Shown here piece by piece: positions 8,026 to 17,490 of a stretch of 31,940 nucleotides of DNA; within the stretch, counting starts at the first letter, position 1; every line of letters starts with the position of its first letter. Both the position numbers and the translations under genes were made by a program. The notes below the pieces were generated by a model. The model saw only the letters and a list, made by a program, of their open reading frames with translations. It had not been told where the DNA came from and did not search any database. The DNA comes from a virus (taxonomy: Duplodnaviria > Caudoviricetes): the IMG/VR virus record IMGVR_UViG_3300030708_001387, positions 1 through 31,940 of that record, one strand, 5' to 3'.

Positions 8026-8288
8026 TTGACATGATGCCTACACCAAGAGATGCAATTGAAATCCCAATGCGGGGTATAACGACTTCTAGTATTGATGTGT
8101 TTGCCCCAAATCGCTCTGTTATCACAGACATGATTATGGTGCAATTCATCAGTATTATCGTAGTGTTCTTTGCTCTTTTACTATTCAAAGGTCAGACACT
8201 TTCGTCTACAGATGTGAGTTTAGCATTGGTCGGAATTTTTAGCGCATCCATGATGCTTGGCACTATTTACTCACGACTCACTCGCTGA
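8022..8288 (+). CDS. Small two-TM membrane protein (holin-like topology)
   Basis: MIMVQFISIIVVFFALLLF and VSLALVGIFSASMMLGTIY. Confidence 0.7.
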   Translation: MIDMMPTPRDAIEIPMRGITTSSIDVFAPNRSVITDMIMVQFISIIVVFFALLLFKGQTLSSTDVSLALVGIFSASMMLGTIYSRLTR

Positions 8289-8507
8289 CCATTTTCCCAT
8301 TGGGCACTCCATACTCGGAAGTGCTGCTTTTACACGCATTACACAACCGCATGAGCGACACATACCTGCTCTTTTCATGAGTAACGGACAGGTGTCACAA
8401 ATCGAGAGACGCCGAGCATACTCTACTTTTGTAACTCGTTTGTTTTTGATAACATCAGAACTTGCTTGAACAAGTTCACCCGGAATCCGTTTGAGGCGTC
8501 GGGGCAT
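8271..8507 (-). CDS. Small Cys-rich metal-binding protein (DUF6171-like)
   Basis: RRLSICDTC...CRSCGCVMRVKA...CPMGKW pattern. It fills the gap between + strand genes. Confidence 0.7.
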   Translation of the reverse strand: MPRRLKRIPGELVQASSDVIKNKRVTKVEYARRLSICDTCPLLMKRAGMCRSCGCVMRVKAALPSMECPMGKWSASES

Positions 8508-8566
8508 ATTTGGTCGCTGTTGTTCTCTCTGAAAAGGATTATCTCCAATGCCGTTTTAAGGGCACC

Positions 8567-9247
8567 ATGACCGGAGCGGAGCGTGTCTCTAAACGTTCCT
8601 GCCCTTTTTGTCAACATCCGAGTCGTGATGAGTTAGAAGAAGCGCTTTTGTTGGGCGAAATCTCTCCAAAACAACTTGACCAAGATATGGGTTGGCGCTT
8701 CAATACGGCTGACCGTCATTATCGAAATCACATGGGACAATTTCACATGGCCTCTAATCCTCAATGTAAGATTTGTAGCCACCCTCAACGGGCTGAGTTT
8801 GAAGAGAGATTTTTCGCAGATGGTTCTCAATCTGATGCTATTGCTGAAGAAGTCGGCGTTGCTGAATCTTCTGTATATCACCACATGAAACACCACTTTC
8901 AACCGATGGTTCAAAGAGCCGCTGTGTCTGAGGTCGTGATGGTTGTGGGGAAGGAAGTAGATGCACTCAGGTCGAACGTCGAACTTCTCAACCATAAATT
9001 GTCTGAATTGCTCAATGAGGGAAGTGTTCACGAGGATGGATTTGTTCGGGATGCCGTGTCTTTGCACAAAGAGGTCAGAGAATCTCTAAAGGATTTGATG
9101 AAGATGCAAGAAACTTGGGGTCCAACTACTGAAAATGGTGAGATTCACAATACCATCAATATTCTCAAAGTTGAACTTGGAAAAGAAAGTCCTGAATCTT
9201 GGGCACGTATTCGTGAGAAGTTAGTCGGTCATGTGGAGGATTTGTAA
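8567..9247 (+). CDS. Probable terminase small subunit with tandem Zn-binding HTH repeats and a coiled coil
   Basis: CPFCQHP...RHYRNH and CKICSHP...YHHMKHH, then a helical oligomerisation region and HNTINI. It lies upstream of the large terminase. Confidence 0.55.
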   Translation: MTGAERVSKRSCPFCQHPSRDELEEALLLGEISPKQLDQDMGWRFNTADRHYRNHMGQFHMASNPQCKICSHPQRAEFEERFFADGSQSDAIAEEVGVAESSVYHHMKHHFQPMVQRAAVSEVVMVVGKEVDALRSNVELLNHKLSELLNEGSVHEDGFVRDAVSLHKEVRESLKDLMKMQETWGPTTENGEIHNTINILKVELGKESPESWARIREKLVGHVEDL

Positions 9248-9645
9248 TGATACAAGTTCCAGTTTCAGACCTTCTTCAAATGACCCATCCGGGTTTCATG
9301 AACATCAAGAACGATGCAAATCTTTCCCACTTACCTGCTATTCTTGATTACTCCCGTTGCTTGGTTGAAAGATTTGAGCACTATGGTGATGTAAAGGTCA
9401 GTCCTTCAGACATGTTCCCCATACTCGGAAAAATGTTTGAAACGTTGAGCACAGAAGATGAGCCTGAAATTGTTCTACCAATTCGTATGCAACTTCCACG
9501 TGTTCTTGAAGAGTTTGAGGCGATGACTGAAAAAATGTGTGAAGCCTTTCCAATGAATTGGACTATCAAGAAAATCTACCGTGATATTTCTGAGTATTTC
9601 TATGAAATGTTCGACATGCTTACTGGAGGTGAAATAAATGACTGA
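9247..9645 (+). CDS. Hypothetical helical protein
   Basis: 132-aa ORF translationally coupled on both sides. Confidence 0.65.
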   Translation: MIQVPVSDLLQMTHPGFMNIKNDANLSHLPAILDYSRCLVERFEHYGDVKVSPSDMFPILGKMFETLSTEDEPEIVLPIRMQLPRVLEEFEAMTEKMCEAFPMNWTIKKIYRDISEYFYEMFDMLTGGEIND

Positions 9646-11131
9646 AGGTATGATGGGTCGAACTTCTGATACTCGGATGTATAATCCTCACTCTGAATCT
9701 TCTCACATGTATCGTGAGAATCATGAGGAGGAATCTACCCGCACTGGTTACGAAGACCCTCGTGATGCTGACGCTAAGGCTGACCGTCGTCAGAAGAAGA
9801 AGGAAGCCGAGGAAAAGGAAGACCGTAAGATTCGTCATATTAAGATTCGTCGTCATCATATGGGTCTTGGAGAAAAAGAATCACCCGATGAAATGCCTGA
9901 AGAAGAATCTAAGTTCAAGCCACGTGAATCGCCATCCGAACCAACAATCCCTGCGGGTGCTGGTGGATTCCTAACAAGCCTCGCTGCACAAGCAAAAGGT
10001 CCGGGTGCTGCTGCTGGTCAAATGGTTCAGATGAGCGAGCCGATGGAGCACGCTTGGTCTGAGTTGTTGAAGCAGGGAGGACCAGACGTAACTGATGAGT
10101 ATGATTACTATAATTACTATGATACTTATGCAGATGAAGACCGGCCTTTAGTGCATATGCCTCATTCCACTCTTGATGCAAGGTTAGCAGAAAGGGGTGA
10201 GGCTGGTGAATATGCTCATGATAACGATGATGAATTTGATGAGTTAATACATGAGTATCTTATGAGAGACAGGGAAAATCGGAGTGGGCTTGATGGTGGA
10301 GGTTTTTCACAAGAGTTTCAAGATATCCGCACAAGCGAGCCAATGGAGCACGCTTGGTCTACGTTGTTAAAAGAGTCCAAGCGTAAGACCGAGAAGCGAC
10401 GCAAGAAAGAACAACGCGCAAAGTGGCGACCGTCCACTGGTAAGTTCAAGCGACCTCGTGGTGGATACACTGGGCGCTCAGGAACATCTGCTCGTGCTAA
10501 GTTACTTTCTCGACACATCAAAGGTGGGCGTAAGTCAGGACTAATGTTACCTCATCTTGCTGTTGAGATGTCTCACCGTGGTGTCGCATCCAAGCAACCA
10601 ATGTCTAAAGACCCTCAAGCATATGGTCAGTATCGCGCTTACCAAGAGCAGCAAAATATACTTGGAAACGTCCGCCCACAACGCGGTGCGCGTCTTCCTT
10701 CTTCTCAAATCCGTATGCCACGGGTTCCTAAACCTCGCCTCAAGCCTCATCGCATCGCACCAATTCAGCCCCCGGCCATGCGTAGACCTCATCTTGTTCG
10801 TCCAAAAATGCCTAGCATGGTGACCATGAGTGAAGATGAACCTATTAGTTCTGAAATTCTTAAGGCTCCTAATCGTCATCTCCTAATCGAGATGCGAAAT
10901 GAACTCAAGCAACTCAAAGAGATGATGAAACGTCGCGACCGCGATAGCAAGAAGAAAGGCATGGGTGAACCTGACACAGCGGGTGCTGCTTCTACCATGC
11001 CGAAATATCCGGGCAACAATCCAAAGCAAACTACTCGTCCTGAGGGCGCAACAGAAGATGAAACCGATGCACGGACTTTTGGACTCGACCCTATTGGTTA
11101 CTTGGTAGGTCGAGGAGGTAACCGAGCATGA
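9638..11131 (+). CDS. Disordered modular protein with alternating acidic and basic blocks and two internal EPMEHAWSxLLK tags
   Basis: SD GGAGGTGA upstream, duplicated tag, and an EILK|A junction. Confidence 0.75.
   Translation: MTEGMMGRTSDTRMYNPHSESSHMYRENHEEESTRTGYEDPRDADAKADRRQKKKEAEEKEDRKIRHIKIRRHHMGLGEKESPDEMPEEESKFKPRESPSEPTIPAGAGGFLTSLAAQAKGPGAAAGQMVQMSEPMEHAWSELLKQGGPDVTDEYDYYNYYDTYADEDRPLVHMPHSTLDARLAERGEAGEYAHDNDDEFDELIHEYLMRDRENRSGLDGGGFSQEFQDIRTSEPMEHAWSTLLKESKRKTEKRRKKEQRAKWRPSTGKFKRPRGGYTGRSGTSARAKLLSRHIKGGRKSGLMLPHLAVEMSHRGVASKQPMSKDPQAYGQYRAYQEQQNILGNVRPQRGARLPSSQIRMPRVPKPRLKPHRIAPIQPPAMRRPHLVRPKMPSMVTMSEDEPISSEILKAPNRHLLIEMRNELKQLKEMMKRRDRDSKKKGMGEPDTAGAASTMPKYPGNNPKQTTRPEGATEDETDARTFGLDPIGYLVGRGGNRA
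10034..10372 (+). repeat. 39-bp imperfect direct repeat at 10034-10072 and 10334-10372 encoding SEPMEHAWS(E/T)LLK
   Basis: agcgagcc(g/a)atggagcacgcttggtct...ttgtt(g/a)aa, with the copies exactly 300 bp apart. Confidence 0.9.
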
Positions 11132-13479
11132 GTTACATCATGGTGCGTAAGTCACTCATCATCAAGGGTGATGGTGTCTATGCGTATCATGGTGGAGTCC
11201 CTCATCTTCTAACTGCGCCTCCGCCTGAGGCTTTTGGAATCGGTCCTGACGGAATTGATGCTCCTGCCTTTGCTCACTTTGGAAACTCAGCGCCTCATGA
11301 AAGCGGTCACCCCGGTATGGGTCAGTTGATTCCGGGTGAGTTTAGAAGTGGTAAATATGGTGAAACAGCATATCATGATGGAGAGCGCAATCATTTTCAC
11401 GGTCATGACGGTGTATGGCATCAGATTGGTAAAGCGCTTGAGGAAAATAATTTACTCGGAAAAGAGCATCCTGAACTTGGTGTTTTAACTCCTGAGAATA
11501 TTTTGCAGAGAGCAATTGATGACCACAACATGAAACATCACACTGAAAATAATTTTCACGAACTCCCTGATGTAAATAGTCCTGAGTGGAGGAAAATACA
11601 CTCTGCTGGTTGGACTGGGAAAAACCCATCAAAAAGACCAAATCGAAACTCTGAAAGTAATTTAATTACAACTTTTACTAATCGTGGTGAAGAGCGAGCC
11701 AAGATTGGACATTTCGTTGAGTCATATTCAGTGCCTTACAACCAAGAACTTCAGGAAATTATGCTCCGCACTCTCGGTCTTCAGCAGTATGCAAAAGAAG
11801 AGTGGCTTTCTCGTAATTACATTTCTATTGACGACCTTGACGATACAGGTCGTTATGGTAAACGATTCAAAGGTTATGGTGGTAGCAAGCCCGGAGATAA
11901 AGGGGAAATTCCTGATGACCATATGGATGAAAGACATAATGCTGCTCATCAACGTATTCAATCTTGGGAAGTTGCACATCATCTCCCTGATATGTTTCAT
12001 TACAAATTAAGTCGTCAACCCACAGAACCTGCTACACAAAGCGCTATGCAACACATTGATATGGCTTTGAGGTCGATTGACCCCAACAAAATACCTGACG
12101 TAATGGTTCCAGTCAACACCACTCAGACCACCATGGATGGACAAGGCACAAGTTACAGTATGCAACCTCTCCGCACGGTTTTACGCGACCCAAAGTCGCT
12201 TGGAAATCTCGTAACAGAATTAGCGAAAACTCCGGCATTTCATTTTATGTTTGGGAGAGTAGGGTCAGGTGGTGAAAGAGCGACTCCTCCTAAGCGTATG
12301 TTTCAACATCTTTTAGAGCAATTTGGTGGAGATAATTTTTCAGATGCAAGAACGCATGTGGTTGCTGGTCCACATATGAAAATGTCACCAGCGAATCCAT
12401 ATGGACAAAAAGCACTAACAAGTGGAAAAGGGACACATAAAAGTGCTGCTCAATTTTTTACAAAAGTAATGCTTGCTGGGCCGCATGAAGAAGGACCAAG
12501 TGCCATGCGCCATTATCAGCCTGATGAAGATGTGCTTCGGTCACTTGGTGTTGACCCAGCAAGCGCAAAAACGGCTGACGCGAGAAGACAAGGGCTTGAG
12601 GCGATTGCCGACCTTATTTCAGAGTCACAAGGTCACCAAACTCGTCGTCCTGTTCCTGAAGAAATTCCAACTGGTGCACTTTTCTCACGTCTTGTTCAAG
12701 GCTATCCACAGCCTGATTCTCTTATTGAGCGACTACCTCCTCACATTCCGTTTTCTACGGACCTTTCTATGCCCCCAAAGGCTTCGGGACCACCCCGTGA
12801 GCGCACAACAACCACTCCTTCGGCGGCGCCGTCCCCGCCGAGAGAGGCCAGTTCTCCTCCGCTGGCAATCACCCAACGACCTCCTACAAGGGCGGCACCT
12901 TCTCCTCAAACAAGATTAGACGACCCAAGATTTGCAAGAGTGCAACGTCCTCTTACCATGCAACAAGAGTTCCAGCGTCGTTTGGCTCGTGGGCCAAACC
13001 GAGCACAACCACCTGAACTTGTGCAAGTTCGTCGTGATGTCGGCGGGATGGACCCTCAGCAACTTCGCGCATATATGGCAAGCACTGGTCTTGGACCGAC
13101 ACCGGGTGTTGGTGAACTTACTCCAAGAGAGCAACAATTCCAGCAAGCGTTTGGTGACCCTCGTCAGCAGTTGATTGAGCAATATTTGAGAAGCCTTGAC
13201 GAGACACTCCCTGAGGCTGACCGTTTATTGAAAGCAATGGAAACTATGCAACGGGATGATGCGATGAGTGATGAAGTGGTTATGAAGCACGCTCTTACTC
13301 GTCCAGTTAATATCGCTGATAATCATGGTATTAGTCATCTTGCGAAAATGGTGGGGCTGACTCCACTCGATGTTCGCTCTATTGCACATCAAACAGGTGA
13401 TTGGAATCGTATTGCAAAGCGCCTGAATGTTTCTGACAATGTTGTGAAGGTCATCAAAGTAAGCATCGGAGGTGTCTGA
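11128..13479 (+). CDS. Large putative virion-internal protein (His-rich N-terminal half, Pro-rich linker, C-terminal HTH-like domain)
   Basis: 783-aa ORF with N-terminal MVRK|S and LIIK|G, and C-terminal LLK|A...DWNRIAKRLNVSDNVVKVIK. Confidence 0.65.
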   Translation: MSYIMVRKSLIIKGDGVYAYHGGVPHLLTAPPPEAFGIGPDGIDAPAFAHFGNSAPHESGHPGMGQLIPGEFRSGKYGETAYHDGERNHFHGHDGVWHQIGKALEENNLLGKEHPELGVLTPENILQRAIDDHNMKHHTENNFHELPDVNSPEWRKIHSAGWTGKNPSKRPNRNSESNLITTFTNRGEERAKIGHFVESYSVPYNQELQEIMLRTLGLQQYAKEEWLSRNYISIDDLDDTGRYGKRFKGYGGSKPGDKGEIPDDHMDERHNAAHQRIQSWEVAHHLPDMFHYKLSRQPTEPATQSAMQHIDMALRSIDPNKIPDVMVPVNTTQTTMDGQGTSYSMQPLRTVLRDPKSLGNLVTELAKTPAFHFMFGRVGSGGERATPPKRMFQHLLEQFGGDNFSDARTHVVAGPHMKMSPANPYGQKALTSGKGTHKSAAQFFTKVMLAGPHEEGPSAMRHYQPDEDVLRSLGVDPASAKTADARRQGLEAIADLISESQGHQTRRPVPEEIPTGALFSRLVQGYPQPDSLIERLPPHIPFSTDLSMPPKASGPPRERTTTTPSAAPSPPREASSPPLAITQRPPTRAAPSPQTRLDDPRFARVQRPLTMQQEFQRRLARGPNRAQPPELVQVRRDVGGMDPQQLRAYMASTGLGPTPGVGELTPREQQFQQAFGDPRQQLIEQYLRSLDETLPEADRLLKAMETMQRDDAMSDEVVMKHALTRPVNIADNHGISHLAKMVGLTPLDVRSIAHQTGDWNRIAKRLNVSDNVVKVIKVSIGGV

Positions 13480-14718
13480 ATGGAACAAGTCGGTGTTTTG
13501 CGAAAGCAAGATAATTTTGTCGGTGTTTTGCGAAAGCAAGTTGGGGGCATGGAACCAGAACTTATTCAAACTGGTGGTGGGACACCTCAAATTCAATTCC
13601 GCACGCCTATTGGGAGAGCAACGCAAGATAGAAAAATGCCTTTGCGTGCTGACCCTAAACGTGGTATTACGTCTCGTGATTTTAGAGAAATGTCCGCCGC
13701 TCAAGAAAGGGCGAGGTCCGCCGCTGATAAAATTGCTGAACTTGAAAGTGGAAGAAAAACCATTAAAGAAATCGGGGACATGACTCCAAGAGAGTTTGAC
13801 CAACACATGAGAAGAACTGACCTTGACATAGGTGTTCTAAAACCAAGAGTAGAAGCAGCAGAACCACGGACATTCCAAGAGAAGTATGGAGTTGAAGCAG
13901 CACAACGAGCACCTGCCGCTCAGCAAGAGGCAGCATATGGTCGTGGTGGAGTAGGTGGAGTAACTGGTCGTGGTGTTGGCACTGCGTTGGCTGGTGCCTA
14001 TGGTGGACTTCAGGCGCTACTTGCGTTGAATAGAGCAAGTGCTTCCGGTCAAGATTTTGCAAGCGGTCTTGGGGGCGCTGCACTTCAAGGTTTATCGAGT
14101 TATCAGACAACTGCACCGACTGCGCAAGACATTGGAGGTGAGGTTGGAAGTAGAGTTGCCGTTCGTGGCGGACCAGCACTAGACGCATATAGAGCAGCCC
14201 GTGACGCACGTGCTACTACGCGCATGTCTCGTGAAGGCTCTCGATTCCTTGGGGATATGGGATTCGACCCTAATTTGAATTTCAATCAGCGTCCTGCTGA
14301 ACCTACTGTTCCAACTTATTCGGGTCAAATACCGTTTGCCTATACACCAGTTCCACAATCCCAAGTAAAATATGTTGGAATTGAAGCGGATGAAAGAGGG
14401 CGAGCAAATGAAAGGCTCCGCCTACAAGGTTTTTCTCCTCTTAGACCCATGATGGCTCCTTTACCAAATGCACCAGCGCCTTCAGCACCTCCAGTCGCTG
14501 TTGCACAACCTGTTGCAGAATCTACTTCCATAGAACCTCCTACTAAACCTGCGCCTCCGGGTCAAGGCACTCTTACAGCCCTTATGGAACAAGGAGAAAA
14601 AGAACAGAAAGAGGCTGCTGAAGAAGAACAAGAGCGAGTAGAAGAACGTCAAAAAAATGCACTCGATGAACTTGCTAGACAAGCCCAACAAAAAAGTAGT
14701 GTTGATGGAGGGTTTTAG
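13480..14718 (+). CDS. Putative internal/ejection-type virion protein with Gly-rich hydrophobic helices
   Basis: VGVLRK|Q twice at the N-terminus and GVGTALAGAYGGLQALLAL. It directly precedes the large terminase. Confidence 0.6.
   Translation: MEQVGVLRKQDNFVGVLRKQVGGMEPELIQTGGGTPQIQFRTPIGRATQDRKMPLRADPKRGITSRDFREMSAAQERARSAADKIAELESGRKTIKEIGDMTPREFDQHMRRTDLDIGVLKPRVEAAEPRTFQEKYGVEAAQRAPAAQQEAAYGRGGVGGVTGRGVGTALAGAYGGLQALLALNRASASGQDFASGLGGAALQGLSSYQTTAPTAQDIGGEVGSRVAVRGGPALDAYRAARDARATTRMSREGSRFLGDMGFDPNLNFNQRPAEPTVPTYSGQIPFAYTPVPQSQVKYVGIEADERGRANERLRLQGFSPLRPMMAPLPNAPAPSAPPVAVAQPVAESTSIEPPTKPAPPGQGTLTALMEQGEKEQKEAAEEEQERVEERQKNALDELARQAQQKSSVDGGF
13489..13540 (+). repeat. 22-bp exact direct repeat gtcggtgttttgcgaaagcaag with 30-bp period
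   Basis: Copies at 13489-13510 and 13519-13540. Confidence 0.9.
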
Positions 14719-16203
14719 ATGGAAAAGCGCGAAGCCGAGATGAAGGAACTTGTTATCGAGATGGACAAGAAGATGTCCGCTCGCTCGTTCAAGTATTTCT
14801 TTGAAACAGTTCTCGGCTTCGACTATGCTGACCATCATGGTTTGTGGGATAAGGGACTTGCAGACAATCGCTACTATTGTGTAAAAGCGTCTCGTGACCA
14901 TGGTAAATCTGTCTTTTTCATGTCGTATGCTCTGTGGCTCGCTGCTTTCAATCCGGGTAAACACATCATGATTTTCAGTCACTCGTTGGAGCAGACACTG
15001 GAACACATGCGTTTTATTCGTGGTAACATCGACACATCACCCTGCCTTCAAGAATTGAAGCCGGGTGGTATTCCGTGGAGAAAGACCTACTTCGAGTTCA
15101 CCAACGGTAGTCGTATCATGGCTAAGTCGGTTGGTGGAGGAACTCGTGGTTTTCACCCTGATATTGTTCTTTGTGACGATATTCTTTGGGGCACAACTGG
15201 TTCTGAATTGCAACGTGCTGCTGATTGGTTCTATGGTGTATTGCTTCCAGTTCTCCATCATACTGGTCGTTTGATGATGGTTGGAACACCGTTTAGTTAC
15301 AACGACCTCTATGCTCAGTTGGAAAAGACCGAGACATTCACTGTCGAAACTTATCCTGCTATCAACAAAGAGGGTGAGGCGCTATGGCCTGAGCGTTGGA
15401 GTTTAGACGCACTTGACCAACGTCGAATGTCTATGCCAGCAATACAGTTTACTCGTGAGTATCTGTGTGAGCCAATTCACGATGTTGCAAGTATGTTCCC
15501 AATGGAACTGCTTGAGAAAGCACGCGACCATAATCTCAAAATCCTCGACCACGCAGAACGTGATTTCAACGAAGAAGGAGAAGACATCGGTGTATTTGGT
15601 CAACATTTCATTGGCTGGGATACAGCGATTGCATCTGACAAGAACGCTGACTTCACTGCTATGACCGTGATGCGAACAATTCCTGATGAGGACATCAAAC
15701 AAATTGTTGGTATTGTTCATGAGAAGGGTATGTCGTCTATGGCACAGAAACGTCAGATTATCATTCTCAATAACAAGTTCCAGCCCGACCTCATCGAACT
15801 TGAGGGTAACAACTTCCAGCGAATGTTTGCTATGGAGTTACAAGACATTCGGCAAGACATTCCAATTCGCACCTTCATGACTACGCGCACGAAGAAAGAA
15901 AGCCTGTTTATGTCGTTACTTCTTGCATTTGAGCAAGGGCAAATCAAGACACCGTATGGCGATGAACGCTCCAAGCGCTTCACTCACAAGTTGGAAGAAG
16001 AACTCAATCGCTTTGGAATGCAGAAGAGCGGAAGGCTTGAGTCCGTAGGCACGCACGACGACTTGGCTATGTCACTTGCGTTGGCGAACTGGGCAACTAA
16101 AGAGTTCCGTGGAAGTGTTGTTATGCTTGATGATTATATGCCCGGTTTTGATGAATGGATAACGGGTAAACCTCGTAAGAAAGATGGATGGATGATACCA
16201 TGA
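14719..16203 (+). CDS. terL: Terminase large subunit
   Basis: Walker A ASRDHGKS, Walker B IVLCDD, coupling motif GTP, and RNase H-like nuclease IGWDTA, ADFTA, HDDLAMSLALA. Confidence 0.95.
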   Translation: MEKREAEMKELVIEMDKKMSARSFKYFFETVLGFDYADHHGLWDKGLADNRYYCVKASRDHGKSVFFMSYALWLAAFNPGKHIMIFSHSLEQTLEHMRFIRGNIDTSPCLQELKPGGIPWRKTYFEFTNGSRIMAKSVGGGTRGFHPDIVLCDDILWGTTGSELQRAADWFYGVLLPVLHHTGRLMMVGTPFSYNDLYAQLEKTETFTVETYPAINKEGEALWPERWSLDALDQRRMSMPAIQFTREYLCEPIHDVASMFPMELLEKARDHNLKILDHAERDFNEEGEDIGVFGQHFIGWDTAIASDKNADFTAMTVMRTIPDEDIKQIVGIVHEKGMSSMAQKRQIIILNNKFQPDLIELEGNNFQRMFAMELQDIRQDIPIRTFMTTRTKKESLFMSLLLAFEQGQIKTPYGDERSKRFTHKLEEELNRFGMQKSGRLESVGTHDDLAMSLALANWATKEFRGSVVMLDDYMPGFDEWITGKPRKKDGWMIP

Positions 16204-17087
16204 AAGAAGAAAAAGTTGGAAAGAAACCTAAGGGTATGGTCGTTGTTATCTCAGTGGGTAAGCCCGGTGGTAAGAAACCTGAGCGAGAGGCTGACCCTGA
16301 TACGAAGAAGAAAGCCAGTATCGAAGAACTTCAACAAGAAGCCGAGTCCCTTCGTGGTGCTCGTGATTTCCCAACTGCCCGTCGCTTCCAATCAACTGCA
16401 AATATGTTAGGTCAGGAAACACCGGGACGCGAAGTGGCTGCACAGGCTGCACAGGTTCTTTCACCCGGAGATGAGCAGATGCCGGGTGCTCTTTACGAAG
16501 AAGGGCTTCAATCTCCCGACTTTATGGATATGCGACAGAATCCTGAAGCATACGACCCAGTTTACCGTGAAAACTTCATGCGTTTGATGCGACAAATGGA
16601 AAAACATCGCCGTCAAGTTGCACGAGGGCAAGAAAATCTTGCTGAACTTCGTCGCGATGACCCGTCTAAGTTTTTCTCTGACCGAATGACAGGGCGTGTA
16701 AAAACAAGTGAAGATGATGATGCTTTATCTGACATTCTCAAAGGTGACTTGTCTAATGTTGATTTCTGTGACTGTTGTAGCCCCAGTGAACTTGCTTGGG
16801 CTGTTATGAAAGCCAAGAAGAAGTCCAAACCGTTTCATGGATATAATCCAAAGCGCCACCATAGAAAAGGTGGGTTAAGTGCTAAAGGAAGGGCTAAGTT
16901 CAAGCGTGAGACGGGTGCAAATCTCAAACCACCTGTAACTACTAAGCCAAGTAAACTCAAACCCGGCTCTAAGAAAGCCAAACGTCGTAAATCATTTTGC
17001 GCTCGTATGGGTGGTATGAAAGGACCAACGTCAAAGAAAGGTAAATTGACCCCCAAGGGTGCGGCATTGAAAAGGTGGAATTGTTAA
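16200..17087 (+). CDS. Modular head-associated protein with a C-terminal basic domain (DUF6321-like)
   Basis: ATGA overlap with terL. Internal tag ELAWAVMK|A is followed by GGLSAKGRAK...RRKSFCARMGGMKG...LKRWNC. Confidence 0.7.
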   Translation: MKEEKVGKKPKGMVVVISVGKPGGKKPEREADPDTKKKASIEELQQEAESLRGARDFPTARRFQSTANMLGQETPGREVAAQAAQVLSPGDEQMPGALYEEGLQSPDFMDMRQNPEAYDPVYRENFMRLMRQMEKHRRQVARGQENLAELRRDDPSKFFSDRMTGRVKTSEDDDALSDILKGDLSNVDFCDCCSPSELAWAVMKAKKKSKPFHGYNPKRHHRKGGLSAKGRAKFKRETGANLKPPVTTKPSKLKPGSKKAKRRKSFCARMGGMKGPTSKKGKLTPKGAALKRWNC

Positions 17088-17485
17088 TGACTCATCCGGT
17101 TCACGTTTCCAACTTTCTTAAGGGTAAGGAGGATGCTCCTAACTATCGAAAGGCTTCAGAGTCAGAAAAGAAAGCGGGTGAAATGTGCGGAACTTGTAAA
17201 GCGTGGGATGAGTCAGCCACAGAAAATCCCAATACAGGTTATTGTAAGTGGTATGATTTTACCTGTAACCGTGAACACATTTGTGATGCTTGGGTTGGTA
17301 AAGAGATAAAGAAAAGTGATGCAATGAATCCTGCTTGGGACGTTTTAAAAAATACTGCCATTGACCCTGCTGATGAAAGTAGAAGTGGCATGGGGCGTTG
17401 CAAATTTTGTGGGTCTTATGCTGTTAATTTTAACGCGTATGGTATTGGTGAATGTGCTGAGTGTGGAAGACAAAACTACAGGTGA
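17087..17485 (+). CDS. Two Cys-rich modules (HiPIP-like and Zn ribbon) separated by the NPAWDVLK tag
   Basis: NYR...CGTC...C...CDAW, then CKFC...CAEC. TAATG overlap with the upstream gene. Confidence 0.65.
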   Translation: MTHPVHVSNFLKGKEDAPNYRKASESEKKAGEMCGTCKAWDESATENPNTGYCKWYDFTCNREHICDAWVGKEIKKSDAMNPAWDVLKNTAIDPADESRSGMGRCKFCGSYAVNFNAYGIGECAECGRQNYR

Positions 17486-17490
17486 TTAAG

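Noticed and set aside
10034-10372. Template/variable repeat pair of a diversity-generating retroelement
   Set aside because: The repeat is only 39 bp, both copies are in frame in one ORF, and there is no reverse transcriptase in the window.
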